A DNA stretch of 63,561 nt from Candidatus Dadabacteria bacterium (GTDB lineage: Bacteria; Desulfobacterota_D; UBA1144; Nemesobacterales; UBA2774). The translations under genes and the position numbers were made by a program. Below the pieces are notes generated by a model, which searched no databases, was not told the DNA's origin, and saw only the letters and a list, made by a program, of their open reading frames with translations. Below, piece after piece: positions 21,953 through 31,469 of the stretch (the stretch's first letter is position 1; every line of letters starts with the position of its first letter). The stretch spans positions 1 to 63,561 of the forward strand of contig JAHKKQ010000001.1 in assembly GCA_020027805.1 (NCBI GenBank), given 5' to 3'.

Positions 21953-22890
21953 TTTGGGGCAAGCTGTTTGTATCCGAATCTTCTGCCGAGCCATTTCGTG
22001 ATTGCGTTTCCCAGCTCTTCCTCTTTCCCGTCGAAGTCGTGGTCCGCATTCAGGTAAAACGCCGACACGTCCTGATTGCCCGCGTTTCTCGCGATCCTTG
22101 CGAGGTCATTTGCTTCCTCGGGTCCGAGCTCCGGGTCCTGCCTGCCCTGAATGAGCAGTATCGGGATTCTGATCCTTGCGATCTGACGGTAGCATTTCGA
22201 GGATTCCGCTTCCGGCCCTGCCAGATACCACCAGGTCTTGTACGTGTATAGCTCCGTATGCTCGGGGTTGAGCGTATCTCCTCTTGCTTTGTAAATAATT
22301 ACCGTGCGGTCTTCGATCGAGGTGAACGGGTCCGGTTTGAGCGTCTCTTTCACCCTCCTGTATATCTCGTCATATGAAGGATTGCTCCCCCACCTGTTCC
22401 ATCTGTTCCGAATCGTGTCGGCGGTCGAGTAGGGGGTGGAAAGGGCGATTATGCCTTTCAGGCTCGGGTATTGAGACGGGTCGTTACGGAGCGATGCGTA
22501 TCTGAGCACGATGCTGCTCCCGAGGCTGTACCCGGACAGTATTATTCTCGTGTATCCCATGTTTTTCAGATAAACGATCGCGGTATCTATCTGAGGGATT
22601 GTGTCGTCGATGATCCCGTATCCGAAAAAGAGGCCGAAAGTGGCCATTCTGGTATTTATCGATAGGGAAGAATATCCGGCCTCGGCCAGGATCGGGGGCA
22701 GGTAGCGCTGGCTTCCGTCGAGGAAATTCCCGAGGAACCCGTGAATGTGTATGATGACCGGCTCTTTCACCTGTCCGCCCGGCCTCGAGAGGCTTCTGTA
22801 GAAGAGGGCGTCTATCTTGCTCTGCCCGAAAGGTATCGAAAGAAGCTCCTGCTCCACCGATTCTGCATTGTTCATAGTTATCCGGGACAT
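21949..22890 (-). CDS. Alpha/beta hydrolase (paralog A)
   Basis: 313 aa. IHIHGFLGNF and nucleophile elbow GYSLG. It is collinear with paralog B (SINTRMA, YTYKTWW, a C-terminal H in ADHDF/AKHDC). Confidence 0.75.
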   Translation of the reverse strand: MSRITMNNAESVEQELLSIPFGQSKIDALFYRSLSRPGGQVKEPVIIHIHGFLGNFLDGSQRYLPPILAEAGYSSLSINTRMATFGLFFGYGIIDDTIPQIDTAIVYLKNMGYTRIILSGYSLGSSIVLRYASLRNDPSQYPSLKGIIALSTPYSTADTIRNRWNRWGSNPSYDEIYRRVKETLKPDPFTSIEDRTVIIYKARGDTLNPEHTELYTYKTWWYLAGPEAESSKCYRQIARIRIPILLIQGRQDPELGPEEANDLARIARNAGNQDVSAFYLNADHDFDGKEEELGNAITKWLGRRFGYKQLAPK

Positions 22891-22894
22891 ACTC

Positions 22895-24253
22895 CTAAAA
22901 GGTTATTACGGCCTCGTTCGTATCCGTATTCAAATCTATTTTGGCCTTTTTATTGAGCGTATCTGTTTTCGTATTCTCGGATATTCGCAGAAGCTCCCGG
23001 GAGGGGCTCAGGGTGATCTTTTTAATGTTATCCGAGTCGATACGGATGCCGTTATCCGCCGTAACCCCCACACGCATTCTGATCGGCTGTGTCACTTCGT
23101 AGGGCATGAACTCCGCCCAGAATGTCTTATTTTTAAATAATCCGAAAGGGGCCGTGTAGTAGATCCTCTCGGGGTAGTTATTTCGCTTGAATTTGCCGAA
23201 CCAGTCGAATACGTTCGGCAGGTCTTCGTCGACCATGAGCCATGTGTGCCCCTCTTTGGGATAAAAATTGAATTTTACGGGGGTTCCTAGCTTCTCCAAG
23301 ATTTCGTGGAGCACTATAGCGTCGTCAGCGGGAACGGCTTCGTCCCCTCCGCCGTGGGAAACGTATACTGGGGTATTGATAAGGTTGGGCAACATCTTCT
23401 GGGGGAATTCGAGGTTCGCCAAAAACCTCTTGACCTCATCCGTATTCATATGGCTGATTTTGTCTTTATAATACCTCAGCCTGTAAGGTCCGAACACGAC
23501 TGCGGACGCGGCTATGAGGTCGGGGAAATAGAGGGAAACGAGAAGGGCCTCGAGCCCTCCGTTCGACATGCCGGTGACATAGAGCCTGTCCTCGTCGATC
23601 CTGAACCGTTCCTTTACTTCGTTAATAAGCTCCGAGAAAATATTCAGCTTGCCCTTTCTTATATAATCCCCGCCGATATCGGGCGAAGGAAGTATTCCGA
23701 TGTACCCGTATTTCCGGCAGTATCGGTCTATCTCCTGAGACTTGATGTAATTATTAAGGCATATCACTGCGGGAAGCGGCTCGCCGGTATAACCGGGCGG
23801 CAGCACGTAAAAGAGATCGAAGTCCCTTTTATACCTCTCGGACGAGAATACGCCGTGCTGGATGCCCCTTCCTTCGAGAGTAAATTTATGCCTCTCAGGG
23901 TCGTCCTTCGCGAGCAGGCTCCCTTTTTCACCTATATAAATTATCGAATTGGCGCCGCCTGCGATGTCCGGATTCAGGTCCGGGTTATTCGGGTCGGTGA
24001 TCCAGTTCCCGTCGACCACGTATTTATAATCGTAGGACCTGTTGGGCGCGAGCTTGAGTATTGTGCGCCAGACGTTGTCACGGCCTTTCACGAGTCTCAG
24101 CGTACCGTGCTTCCACCCGTTAAAATCCCCCGATAAAAAAATCTCTCCCCCGCCTGGCGAGTAGTAGCTGAACAGGACCCCTTCCTTTACCTGTTCGGGT
24201 TTGGCCGCCCATCTGCCTTCATACTGTCTGACTGTCTTTTCATCCCCTGCCAT
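22895..24253 (-). CDS. Esterase with N-terminal CBM48/AMPK-beta-like (E-set) glycan-binding domain
   Basis: 452 aa. IFLSGDFNGWK...YDYKYVVDGNWITDPNNP is the CBM48-type signature. An esterase core follows, with GMSNGG and HGGGDEAVP. Confidence 0.75.
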   Translation of the reverse strand: MAGDEKTVRQYEGRWAAKPEQVKEGVLFSYYSPGGGEIFLSGDFNGWKHGTLRLVKGRDNVWRTILKLAPNRSYDYKYVVDGNWITDPNNPDLNPDIAGGANSIIYIGEKGSLLAKDDPERHKFTLEGRGIQHGVFSSERYKRDFDLFYVLPPGYTGEPLPAVICLNNYIKSQEIDRYCRKYGYIGILPSPDIGGDYIRKGKLNIFSELINEVKERFRIDEDRLYVTGMSNGGLEALLVSLYFPDLIAASAVVFGPYRLRYYKDKISHMNTDEVKRFLANLEFPQKMLPNLINTPVYVSHGGGDEAVPADDAIVLHEILEKLGTPVKFNFYPKEGHTWLMVDEDLPNVFDWFGKFKRNNYPERIYYTAPFGLFKNKTFWAEFMPYEVTQPIRMRVGVTADNGIRIDSDNIKKITLSPSRELLRISENTKTDTLNKKAKIDLNTDTNEAVITF

Positions 24254-24442
24254 CGTGATACCTCCTCCGAATTGCGGACATCCGGTGTCACTAAGAAATG
24301 TTGCCGCATACGGAAAAACGTCAAGCCTCTTCGCCTCGGGTCATTATTCGACGCCCCGGCCGGCGGCAATAGGCCCGGCAGTTAAATTTACGGTATATTT
24401 AACCGTGGTGTAGCTTTTTAACCGCCGTCGGCATAAACGCCC

Positions 24443-25543
24443 ATGACTGAAAACTTACCTGATTCCCTGAGACAATTCACGGGCAAAACCCGTCCTAAAG
24501 AGGTCCGCTTAATGGCGGCCCGGGGGCTCGTGCCCGCCACGCCTAAAGACCTCACCCTTATCCTCTATTTCCTCACCATGGACGATGACCGGGACGTAGC
24601 GGAGGAAGCCCGCAAAACCCTAAGGGGGATGCCGGCCGATGTTTTTTCGACGGTGCTTTCGGATGCCGACACCCGTCCCGGGCTCCTCGACTATTTCGCG
24701 CGCATGCTGGACGACGAAAGCCGCCTCCAGCAGATTCTGCTGAACAACTCCGCCTCGGACTCTACAGTCGCTTATCTGGCGGAAAAAACCCATTCTCAGG
24801 CCCTGATTGAGCTAATAGCCAATAACCACGAGCGGGTCGCGCGAGCGGACAGTATCATAGAGGCCCTCAGCAAGAACCCCGCCGTCACGAGGTCGACCCT
24901 CGACGGCGTGCTCGAGTTTTTAAAGCTCTATCTCGGCAAAACGTCGGGATTGCCTGTTTTCCCGGAAGAAGAAGCAGAGCCCCTTCCCGGGACTGATATC
25001 ACGCCGCGGGAAGACTATGCCGCGCTGCTCGATGAAGTGAATGAGTCCTTCCTCGACGCTATAGACCTCGACGCGGAGCTCATCGAAGACTCGGATGACG
25101 AGGAAGAGCATGCGCCCGATACCCATAAGCCGACTGTCATGGTCAAGATAAGCATGCTGAATGTGGGCCAGAAGATTAAGCTCGCCATACTGGGCAACAG
25201 GGAAGCCCGGACCATACTGATAAAAGACCCGAACAGGATAGTATCCAAAGCCGTGCTCAAAAACCCGAGACTTACCGACAGCGAAATCGTGCTCATCTCC
25301 CAATCCAAGATCGTAAACGAGGATATACTCCGGGAGGTAGCCGAGAGCAGGAAATGGGCGAGGCTCTATCAGGTCAAGCTGGCACTCGTCAATAACCCGA
25401 AGACTCCCACACACATGTCTATAAATTTACTTAGACAGCTGAGGGAGTTCGACCTCAGAAGTCTCAGATGGAACAAGAACCTCCCGGGCGTAATTTCAAC
25501 CGCAGTAAAGCAGATAATGGAGGAGAGGAGGGAGAAGAAATAA
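24443..25543 (+). CDS. Hypothetical alpha-helical repeat protein with acidic linker
   Basis: 366 aa. Two helical-repeat blocks with LRV/HEAT-like periodicity (NP.LT..E, NNPKTP) are separated by EDSDDEEEH. Confidence 0.6.
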   Translation: MTENLPDSLRQFTGKTRPKEVRLMAARGLVPATPKDLTLILYFLTMDDDRDVAEEARKTLRGMPADVFSTVLSDADTRPGLLDYFARMLDDESRLQQILLNNSASDSTVAYLAEKTHSQALIELIANNHERVARADSIIEALSKNPAVTRSTLDGVLEFLKLYLGKTSGLPVFPEEEAEPLPGTDITPREDYAALLDEVNESFLDAIDLDAELIEDSDDEEEHAPDTHKPTVMVKISMLNVGQKIKLAILGNREARTILIKDPNRIVSKAVLKNPRLTDSEIVLISQSKIVNEDILREVAESRKWARLYQVKLALVNNPKTPTHMSINLLRQLREFDLRSLRWNKNLPGVISTAVKQIMEERREKK

Positions 25544-25576
25544 CCCCTTCCCCGTATATCATCGCCGGCGTCCCGC

Positions 25577-26542
25577 ATGAATAAAGAGGATAAAACGGAA
25601 ACCTTTATCGTTCCCGCCGAGTTGTCCGGCAAAAGGGCGGACATCGCCCTCTCGCATTTTCTGGAGGGACACACAAGGTCCCAGATTAAGAGACTGATAG
25701 AGGAGAAGCTTATATTGGTCGGGGGAGAGGCTGTAAAGCCTTCGAGGAAACTGGAAGGGGGGGAATTGGTGCGGGTCACACTGCCTGCGCCTACGCCGCT
25801 CGACGTCATGCCCGAGGACATACCCCTTGATATTCTCTATGAGGACGATTACATCGCCATAGTGGACAAGCCCCCGGGCATGACAGTGCATCCCGGCGCA
25901 GGTGTAGGGAGCGGGACGCTCGTGAACGCGCTCCTCTTCAGGTGCAAGGACCTTTCGGGGATCGGCGGGAAGATCAGGCCCGGCATAGTGCACCGTCTCG
26001 ACAAGGATACATCGGGGGTAATGGTGGTCGCAAAAAACGACGTTGCCCATAACTCCCTCGTAAATCAGTTCAAGACGAGGGCCGTCCGGAAGAAGTACCT
26101 GGCCATAGTCGAGGGTAATATCAGGAAGGAGTCGGGTGTATTTTCCTCGATGATAGGCAGACACCCCGTCGACAGGAAGAAGATGTCTTCAAAGGCCAGG
26201 TCCGGAAGGGAATCACTTACGAACTGGAAGGTGTTGAAAAGGTTTGAAGACGCCTCTTTTGTCGAAGCCGAGCCCAGAACGGGCAGGACGCACCAGATAA
26301 GGGTCCACTTTTCCGAGAACGGCTACCCGATACTGGCGGACGCCGTATACGGATACAAAAAGCATAAATCAGCCGCGGTCGCCAGTGCGGCGAAGAAAAT
26401 CGGCAGACAGGCCCTCCACGCCTCGAATATAGGCTTTTTCCATCCTCACACCCAGGAATTTGTCGAGTTTACTGCTCCCCTCCCCCTAGATATGAGCGAA
26501 GCACTTAACATTTTAGCCGAATCCGGGGAAAATAGTCTCTGA
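25577..26542 (+). CDS. rluD: 23S rRNA pseudouridine synthase, RluA family (RluD-like)
   Basis: 321 aa. N-terminal S4 domain, catalytic HRLDKDTSG, and TGRTHQIRVH. Confidence 0.9.
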   Translation: MNKEDKTETFIVPAELSGKRADIALSHFLEGHTRSQIKRLIEEKLILVGGEAVKPSRKLEGGELVRVTLPAPTPLDVMPEDIPLDILYEDDYIAIVDKPPGMTVHPGAGVGSGTLVNALLFRCKDLSGIGGKIRPGIVHRLDKDTSGVMVVAKNDVAHNSLVNQFKTRAVRKKYLAIVEGNIRKESGVFSSMIGRHPVDRKKMSSKARSGRESLTNWKVLKRFEDASFVEAEPRTGRTHQIRVHFSENGYPILADAVYGYKKHKSAAVASAAKKIGRQALHASNIGFFHPHTQEFVEFTAPLPLDMSEALNILAESGENSL

Positions 26543-26545
26543 ATC

Positions 26546-27223
26546 ATGGGATGGATCAGATCAACGATACTTTCTCGACTCCCCGGGGTGGCGCACGGCT
26601 TCGCCGACAGGAACGCCGACGGAAACCTTGCCGAGTTCTTCGGGTTCTCGGGCATAGCGAGGCTCAATCAGGTACACGGAAACGGGGTCTTCATGCTCAG
26701 GGACGGGACCGGGACCGCGGCGGGAAAGGTTTCGGACGGGGACGCGATCGTAACCTCCTTAAGGGGTATCGGCGTCGGCATTTCGACTGCAGATTGCGTG
26801 CCTGTTCTCCTGACCGACCACGAGGGGACTGTGGCCGGGGCTGTACACGCGGGATGGCGGGGGACTGTATTGCGGATATTAGACTCCGTGCTTCTGAAAA
26901 TTTATGAGGAATACGGCCTCAAACCCGGAGACCTCAATGCCGCCATTGGCCCTTCGGTCGGGAAGTGCTGCTACGAGGTCGGCGAGGACGTCGCGTCCCT
27001 ATTCAGGGACGGGTTCGATGATTCGAGTGAATATCTAATAGAGACGAATGGTTGCAAATATATGCTCGACCTTCCGGGTATAAACAGGGGCGCCCTTGTG
27101 AAGGCGGGTGTGGCAAATATCGAAGTTCTCGGCGTGTGCACGAAATGCAATCCGGATTTCTTTTCCTACAGGCGGGAAGGGAAGGGGGTCGGGAGCCAGC
27201 TAAGCGTTATTGGGCTAGTTTAA
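26546..27223 (+). CDS. pgeF: Purine nucleoside phosphorylase / laccase-domain protein YfiH (PgeF)
   Basis: 225 aa. QVHG, TADCVPV, HAGWRG and FFSYRR motifs. It shows the classical rluD-yfiH synteny. Confidence 0.85.
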   Translation: MGWIRSTILSRLPGVAHGFADRNADGNLAEFFGFSGIARLNQVHGNGVFMLRDGTGTAAGKVSDGDAIVTSLRGIGVGISTADCVPVLLTDHEGTVAGAVHAGWRGTVLRILDSVLLKIYEEYGLKPGDLNAAIGPSVGKCCYEVGEDVASLFRDGFDDSSEYLIETNGCKYMLDLPGINRGALVKAGVANIEVLGVCTKCNPDFFSYRREGKGVGSQLSVIGLV

Positions 27224-27319
27224 AGTACCGCTGATAAGTGATATATTTTTTACTGGGTATAATAATCGGGGATTCTCACTGGAAATAATCAAATTATAAA
27301 TCGAAATTTGGAGGCGAGC

Positions 27320-27754
27320 ATGCTTCAGATTATGTGCTGGGTCGATTCGGAAGACTACTGGTATCTGCATTCTCTCAACGAAACGAATGAGAGCCTGGAT
27401 TATTACGGCTATAAATTCGAGGTCGAAGGCGGCACCGAGGGGATCGGCGCGAGTGTCGTGCGGCTCCTCATAGTGGAGTTTATCAGCGCGAAAATGACCG
27501 TAGGCTTCGTTACACCCGGGAATTTGAAATTGGAGGACAGCGACATAACGCTCAGGTTCATCTCTCACGAAGAGCCCACTAAAGACGTCCCGGTACAGTG
27601 CAAGATTTCGGATGAAGTCAAACGCGCCTCATACATGGGCGATGACCAGGAAAAAATTGAGTATATCGGTTTTACGCTCGAAAAATTTTACGAGAGCCAT
27701 AGCGCCAAGTTCTACCTCCACGATTTAAGGCCTCCGTCGGAGCCCGGGGCGTAG
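27320..27754 (+). CDS. Hypothetical protein
   Basis: 144 aa from an ATG preceded by GGAGG at 6 nt. No recognisable motif. Confidence 0.45.
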   Translation: MLQIMCWVDSEDYWYLHSLNETNESLDYYGYKFEVEGGTEGIGASVVRLLIVEFISAKMTVGFVTPGNLKLEDSDITLRFISHEEPTKDVPVQCKISDEVKRASYMGDDQEKIEYIGFTLEKFYESHSAKFYLHDLRPPSEPGA

Positions 27755-27891
27755 CTATCGACCCATGATCGGTTATTGCAATTCGGGACGGGGTTAATCA
27801 GGAGGAAAATATTCCTGAGTGTGCTACATCGGCATCTTATCCTGATTCATAATATCCCAGCAATTTCGGTTTAACGGAGGAATAACATATT

Positions 27892-29100
27892 ATGAGTAAA
27901 GCTGAAAAGATAGTCCTGGCCTATTCGGGCGGGCTCGATACTTCGGTCATCCTGAAATGGCTGGCCGAGAAATACGACGCCGAGATAATCGCCTTCGTCG
28001 CCGACCTCGGACAGGGGGAGGACCTGGAAGAGGCCAGGGAGAAAGCGCTCAGGACCGGCGCAAGCAAGGTGTATATAGAGGATTTGAAGGACGAATTCGT
28101 AAGAGATTTCGTGTTTAAGGCGATCAAGTCTGCTGCGGTTTATGAGGGGTCGTATCTCCTCGGAACCTCTCTTGCCAGGCCGTTGATTGCAAAAAAGCAG
28201 ATAGAGATTGCGAAGAAGGAAAAGGCATTTGCCGTCTCACACGGCGCGACGGGAAAGGGGAACGACCAGGTGCGTTTCGAGCTCACGTTTTACGCCCTCG
28301 ACCCGTCGATCAAGGTTATAGCGCCGTGGAGGGAGTGGGATTTGAACTCCAGAAGCTCGCTCATAGAATACGCGGAGAAACACGGAATCCCCGTCCCTGT
28401 CACTCAGCAAAAGCCATACAGCTGCGACAGGAACCTCTTTCACACGAGCTACGAGGGCGGGATACTCGAAGACCCCTGGTCGGAGCCGCCTGAAAATATG
28501 TTCGAGTTGACGGTATCGCCCGAGAGGGCCCCTGACGAGCCGGTTTATCTGGACATAGATTTTGAAAAGGGGGTCCCGGTCAAGGTCGACGGAAAGGAGC
28601 TCGGCCCAGTCGATCTCCTCACGGTGCTCAACAAGATAGGCGGGTCAAACGGCGTGGGAAGGGTCGATCTGGTCGAGAACAGGTTCGTCGGCATGAAGTC
28701 CCGCGGGGTCTACGAAACCCCCGGCGGCACGATACTCCACACAGCTCACAGGGCGCTCGAATCGTTGACTATGGACAGGGAAGTCATGCATCTGAGGGAC
28801 GCGCTCATCCCCAGGATCGCGGAGCTCATATACTACGGATTCTGGTATTCGCCCGAAATGGACATGCTCATGGCCTCGGTCGAGGAGTCTCAGAAGAACG
28901 TGACGGGTACGGTAAGACTCAAGATATACAAGGGCAATATTATTCTGGCCGGCCGGCGCTCGCCCTATTCGCTGTATAAAGAGGACCTGGCCACGTTCGA
29001 GAAGGACAGCATATATAACCAGGCGGACGCGACCGGGTTTATAAAGCTGAATGCGCTCAGGCTTTCTGTCCGGAAACTCCTCGAAACGAAGGGGGAGTAA
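27892..29100 (+). CDS. argG: Argininosuccinate synthase
   Basis: 402 aa. [23 protein letters not shown], and [19 protein letters not shown]. Confidence 0.95.
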   Translation: MSKAEKIVLAYSGGLDTSVILKWLAEKYDAEIIAFVADLGQGEDLEEAREKALRTGASKVYIEDLKDEFVRDFVFKAIKSAAVYEGSYLLGTSLARPLIAKKQIEIAKKEKAFAVSHGATGKGNDQVRFELTFYALDPSIKVIAPWREWDLNSRSSLIEYAEKHGIPVPVTQQKPYSCDRNLFHTSYEGGILEDPWSEPPENMFELTVSPERAPDEPVYLDIDFEKGVPVKVDGKELGPVDLLTVLNKIGGSNGVGRVDLVENRFVGMKSRGVYETPGGTILHTAHRALESLTMDREVMHLRDALIPRIAELIYYGFWYSPEMDMLMASVEESQKNVTGTVRLKIYKGNIILAGRRSPYSLYKEDLATFEKDSIYNQADATGFIKLNALRLSVRKLLETKGE

Positions 29101-29111
29101 GCCCTATATCG

Positions 29112-30119
29112 ATGAAGACATCAGACTTCAATTATCATCTCCCGGAGGAGCGGATCGCATACCGTCCGGCGGCTGAAAGGCAAAATTCGAAGCTGATGGT
29201 CCTCGACAGGGAAAAAGGGGAAATAACCCACAGGAAATTCTTCGAGCTCCCAGGTCTGCTCGAGCCGGGGGACCTGCTCGTCCTGAATAACACGAGGGTG
29301 ATACCGGCGAGGCTCTTCGGGAGGAAAAAATCCGGGGAAAGGGCCGAAATACTCCTTGTGGAAAAGCGGGACAGCCGGACATGGAGCTGCCTCGTAAGGA
29401 ATCCGAAAGAGGGGCTCGTGATCGAGTTCGGGGACGGTCCTTCCGGAAGGCTCTTCAGCGGGGAGGCTGGCGGGTGGCTCGTGGAATTCAGCGAAGACGC
29501 CGATTCGTACATAGACGATTCGGGGAGTATGCCGCTCCCCCCCTACATCAAACGGGAGCCCGACGCGGAAGACAGGGTTTCTTATCAGACGGTCTATGCG
29601 GAAAGACCCGGAGCCATAGCCGCCCCCACGGCGGGACTCCACTTCACACCCGGACTCCTGAAAGAGATCGAACACGGGGGGGTGCGGATAGCCCATGTCA
29701 CGCTCCACGTCGGTATAGGCACGTTCAAGCCCGTGAAGACGGAGCTCGTCCGTGAGCACGATATGCACCCGGAGTTCCGTGAGATCCCGCGCGCGACGGC
29801 AGATGCAGTTAACACCGCAAAGTCCGGGGGCGGGAGGGTCATAGCGGTCGGAACGACGGTGATGAGGACCCTCGAGTCCTCGGTAAACGAAGCCGGTGAG
29901 GTCGTGCCGTGCAAGGGAGAGACGGGCCTCTTTATACTGCCCGGTTACGGATTCAGGGCTGCGGACGCACTTATCACTAACTTTCATCTTCCGCGGTCGA
30001 CACTCCTCATGCTCGTGTCCGCGTTCGCAGGCAGGGAATTTATTTTCAGGGCCTATAACGAGGCTCTAAACAGGGATTACAGGTTTCTCAGCTACGGGGA
30101 CGCCATGTTCATAAAATAA
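29112..30119 (+). CDS. queA: S-adenosylmethionine:tRNA ribosyltransferase-isomerase
   Basis: 335 aa. FNYHLPEERIA, PLPPYI, AAPTAGLHFT, and VGTTVMRTLES. Confidence 0.95.
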   Translation: MKTSDFNYHLPEERIAYRPAAERQNSKLMVLDREKGEITHRKFFELPGLLEPGDLLVLNNTRVIPARLFGRKKSGERAEILLVEKRDSRTWSCLVRNPKEGLVIEFGDGPSGRLFSGEAGGWLVEFSEDADSYIDDSGSMPLPPYIKREPDAEDRVSYQTVYAERPGAIAAPTAGLHFTPGLLKEIEHGGVRIAHVTLHVGIGTFKPVKTELVREHDMHPEFREIPRATADAVNTAKSGGGRVIAVGTTVMRTLESSVNEAGEVVPCKGETGLFILPGYGFRAADALITNFHLPRSTLLMLVSAFAGREFIFRAYNEALNRDYRFLSYGDAMFIK

Positions 30120-30135
30120 TACGAGGGGGATCGAT

Positions 30136-31392
30136 TTGCGTGTAGAAATAGAGAGACTTGCATACGGCGGGAGCGGTATAGCCAGGAAGGACGGGAAGGT
30201 CTATTTCGTAAAGGGCGGACTGCCAAATGATATTGTCGATATTAAGGTCACTAACGATAAGGGCAAATTCGCCGAAGCGGTAATCGAGAGTATAGTGGAG
30301 CCTTCCCGGGAGAGGGTGGAACCTCCGTGCCGGGTGTTTCACATATGCGGCGGGTGCCAGCTGCAAAACCTCAGCTATCCGGCACAGCTAAGAGAGAAGG
30401 AAGGCATACTCAGAGAGACCCTTCAAAGGATCGGAGGCTTAGGCGACGTCCAGACGGAGCCCATATTCCCATCCCCGTCGGAATACGGATACAGGAGGCG
30501 CGTTCTGCTCTCGGCATGGTATCTTTCGGGGGGCTGGCATGTGGGCTATTACAGGGAGATGAGCAGGACAAATGTAAAAATCGATTCTTGTCCGGTTGCC
30601 GACGGGGTGATAAATAAAGCGGTCTCCAGATTATCCAACGTTCTTTCATCTATCGGAGACCCCGGTTATCCGCTTGAAAAAATATATCTGTCTTCCGACG
30701 GGGAAAAGGCTTATATAACCCTCCTGCCCAGGTTTAAGAGCGCGCCTGCTTCTCTCGGAGCGCTCGCGAGACACCTGAGAAGGCATGAGGAGACTGAGAA
30801 CGTATCTCTACCGGGCGGGGATGAGGCCGAGTTCGAGCTGTCTCTTTCCGGGCTCAGGTTTGTAACTGCGCCGTCCGTATTTACGCAGTCCAATATCCCT
30901 GTCAACGAGGCCCTCATCGGGACCGTTTTGGTATTGGCGGGGTTGAAAGGTACGGAAACGGTTCTCGACCTCTATTCGGGCGCCGGGAATTTTTCCATAC
31001 CCCTCGCGATGTCGTCAAAACGGGTGATATCAGTAGAGGTGAATAAAAAATCGGCAGCGCTCGCGAAAAAGAGCGCCGCACTGAACGGCCTTAATAATAT
31101 CACTTTTCATGTCGCTCCCTGTGAGGAGTACCTGCGGGATGAAGACCCGGACGCCCGGCACCCGGATATCGTGGTGCTCGACCCGCCGAGAGAAGGCGCG
31201 AAAGGAGCTGTCGCGGGTATAGCCCGGCTGTCTCCGGCGAAGGTCATTTATGTGTCCTGCGACCCTGCTACTTTGGCACGAGACATAAGGATGCTGGGAG
31301 ATTCGGGTTATCAGCTCAAGACGGTGAAGCCCTTTGATATGTTTCCGGAGACCTATCACATTGAATCCGTATCGCTTCTGTGCAGGACCTGA
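30136..31392 (+). CDS. 23S rRNA (uracil-5)-methyltransferase, RumA/RlmD family
   Basis: 418 aa. N-terminal TRAM domain, an Fe-S cysteines cluster (CRVFHICGGCQLQ), a SAM motif DLYSGAGNFS, and the catalytic YVSCDPATLARD. Confidence 0.85.
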   Translation: MRVEIERLAYGGSGIARKDGKVYFVKGGLPNDIVDIKVTNDKGKFAEAVIESIVEPSRERVEPPCRVFHICGGCQLQNLSYPAQLREKEGILRETLQRIGGLGDVQTEPIFPSPSEYGYRRRVLLSAWYLSGGWHVGYYREMSRTNVKIDSCPVADGVINKAVSRLSNVLSSIGDPGYPLEKIYLSSDGEKAYITLLPRFKSAPASLGALARHLRRHEETENVSLPGGDEAEFELSLSGLRFVTAPSVFTQSNIPVNEALIGTVLVLAGLKGTETVLDLYSGAGNFSIPLAMSSKRVISVEVNKKSAALAKKSAALNGLNNITFHVAPCEEYLRDEDPDARHPDIVVLDPPREGAKGAVAGIARLSPAKVIYVSCDPATLARDIRMLGDSGYQLKTVKPFDMFPETYHIESVSLLCRT

Positions 31393-31469
31393 TGGGGTTA
31401 ATTGATTTCGGACAGGCTTTATATTTAATCCGGCTTATAAACCCCCGCCTGTTCCTTAAACCCTGACGG

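Noticed and set aside
29121-29987. Long antisense ORFs: 288 aa opposite queA here, and similarly 62071-63042 opposite ftsK, 23306-24136 and 21125-21916 opposite the hydrolases, and 12786-14026 opposite gap/pgk
   Set aside because: All lie opposite strongly recognisable genes. Their translations are Arg/Pro/Gly-rich low-complexity strings, typical of shadow frames in GC-biased coding DNA.
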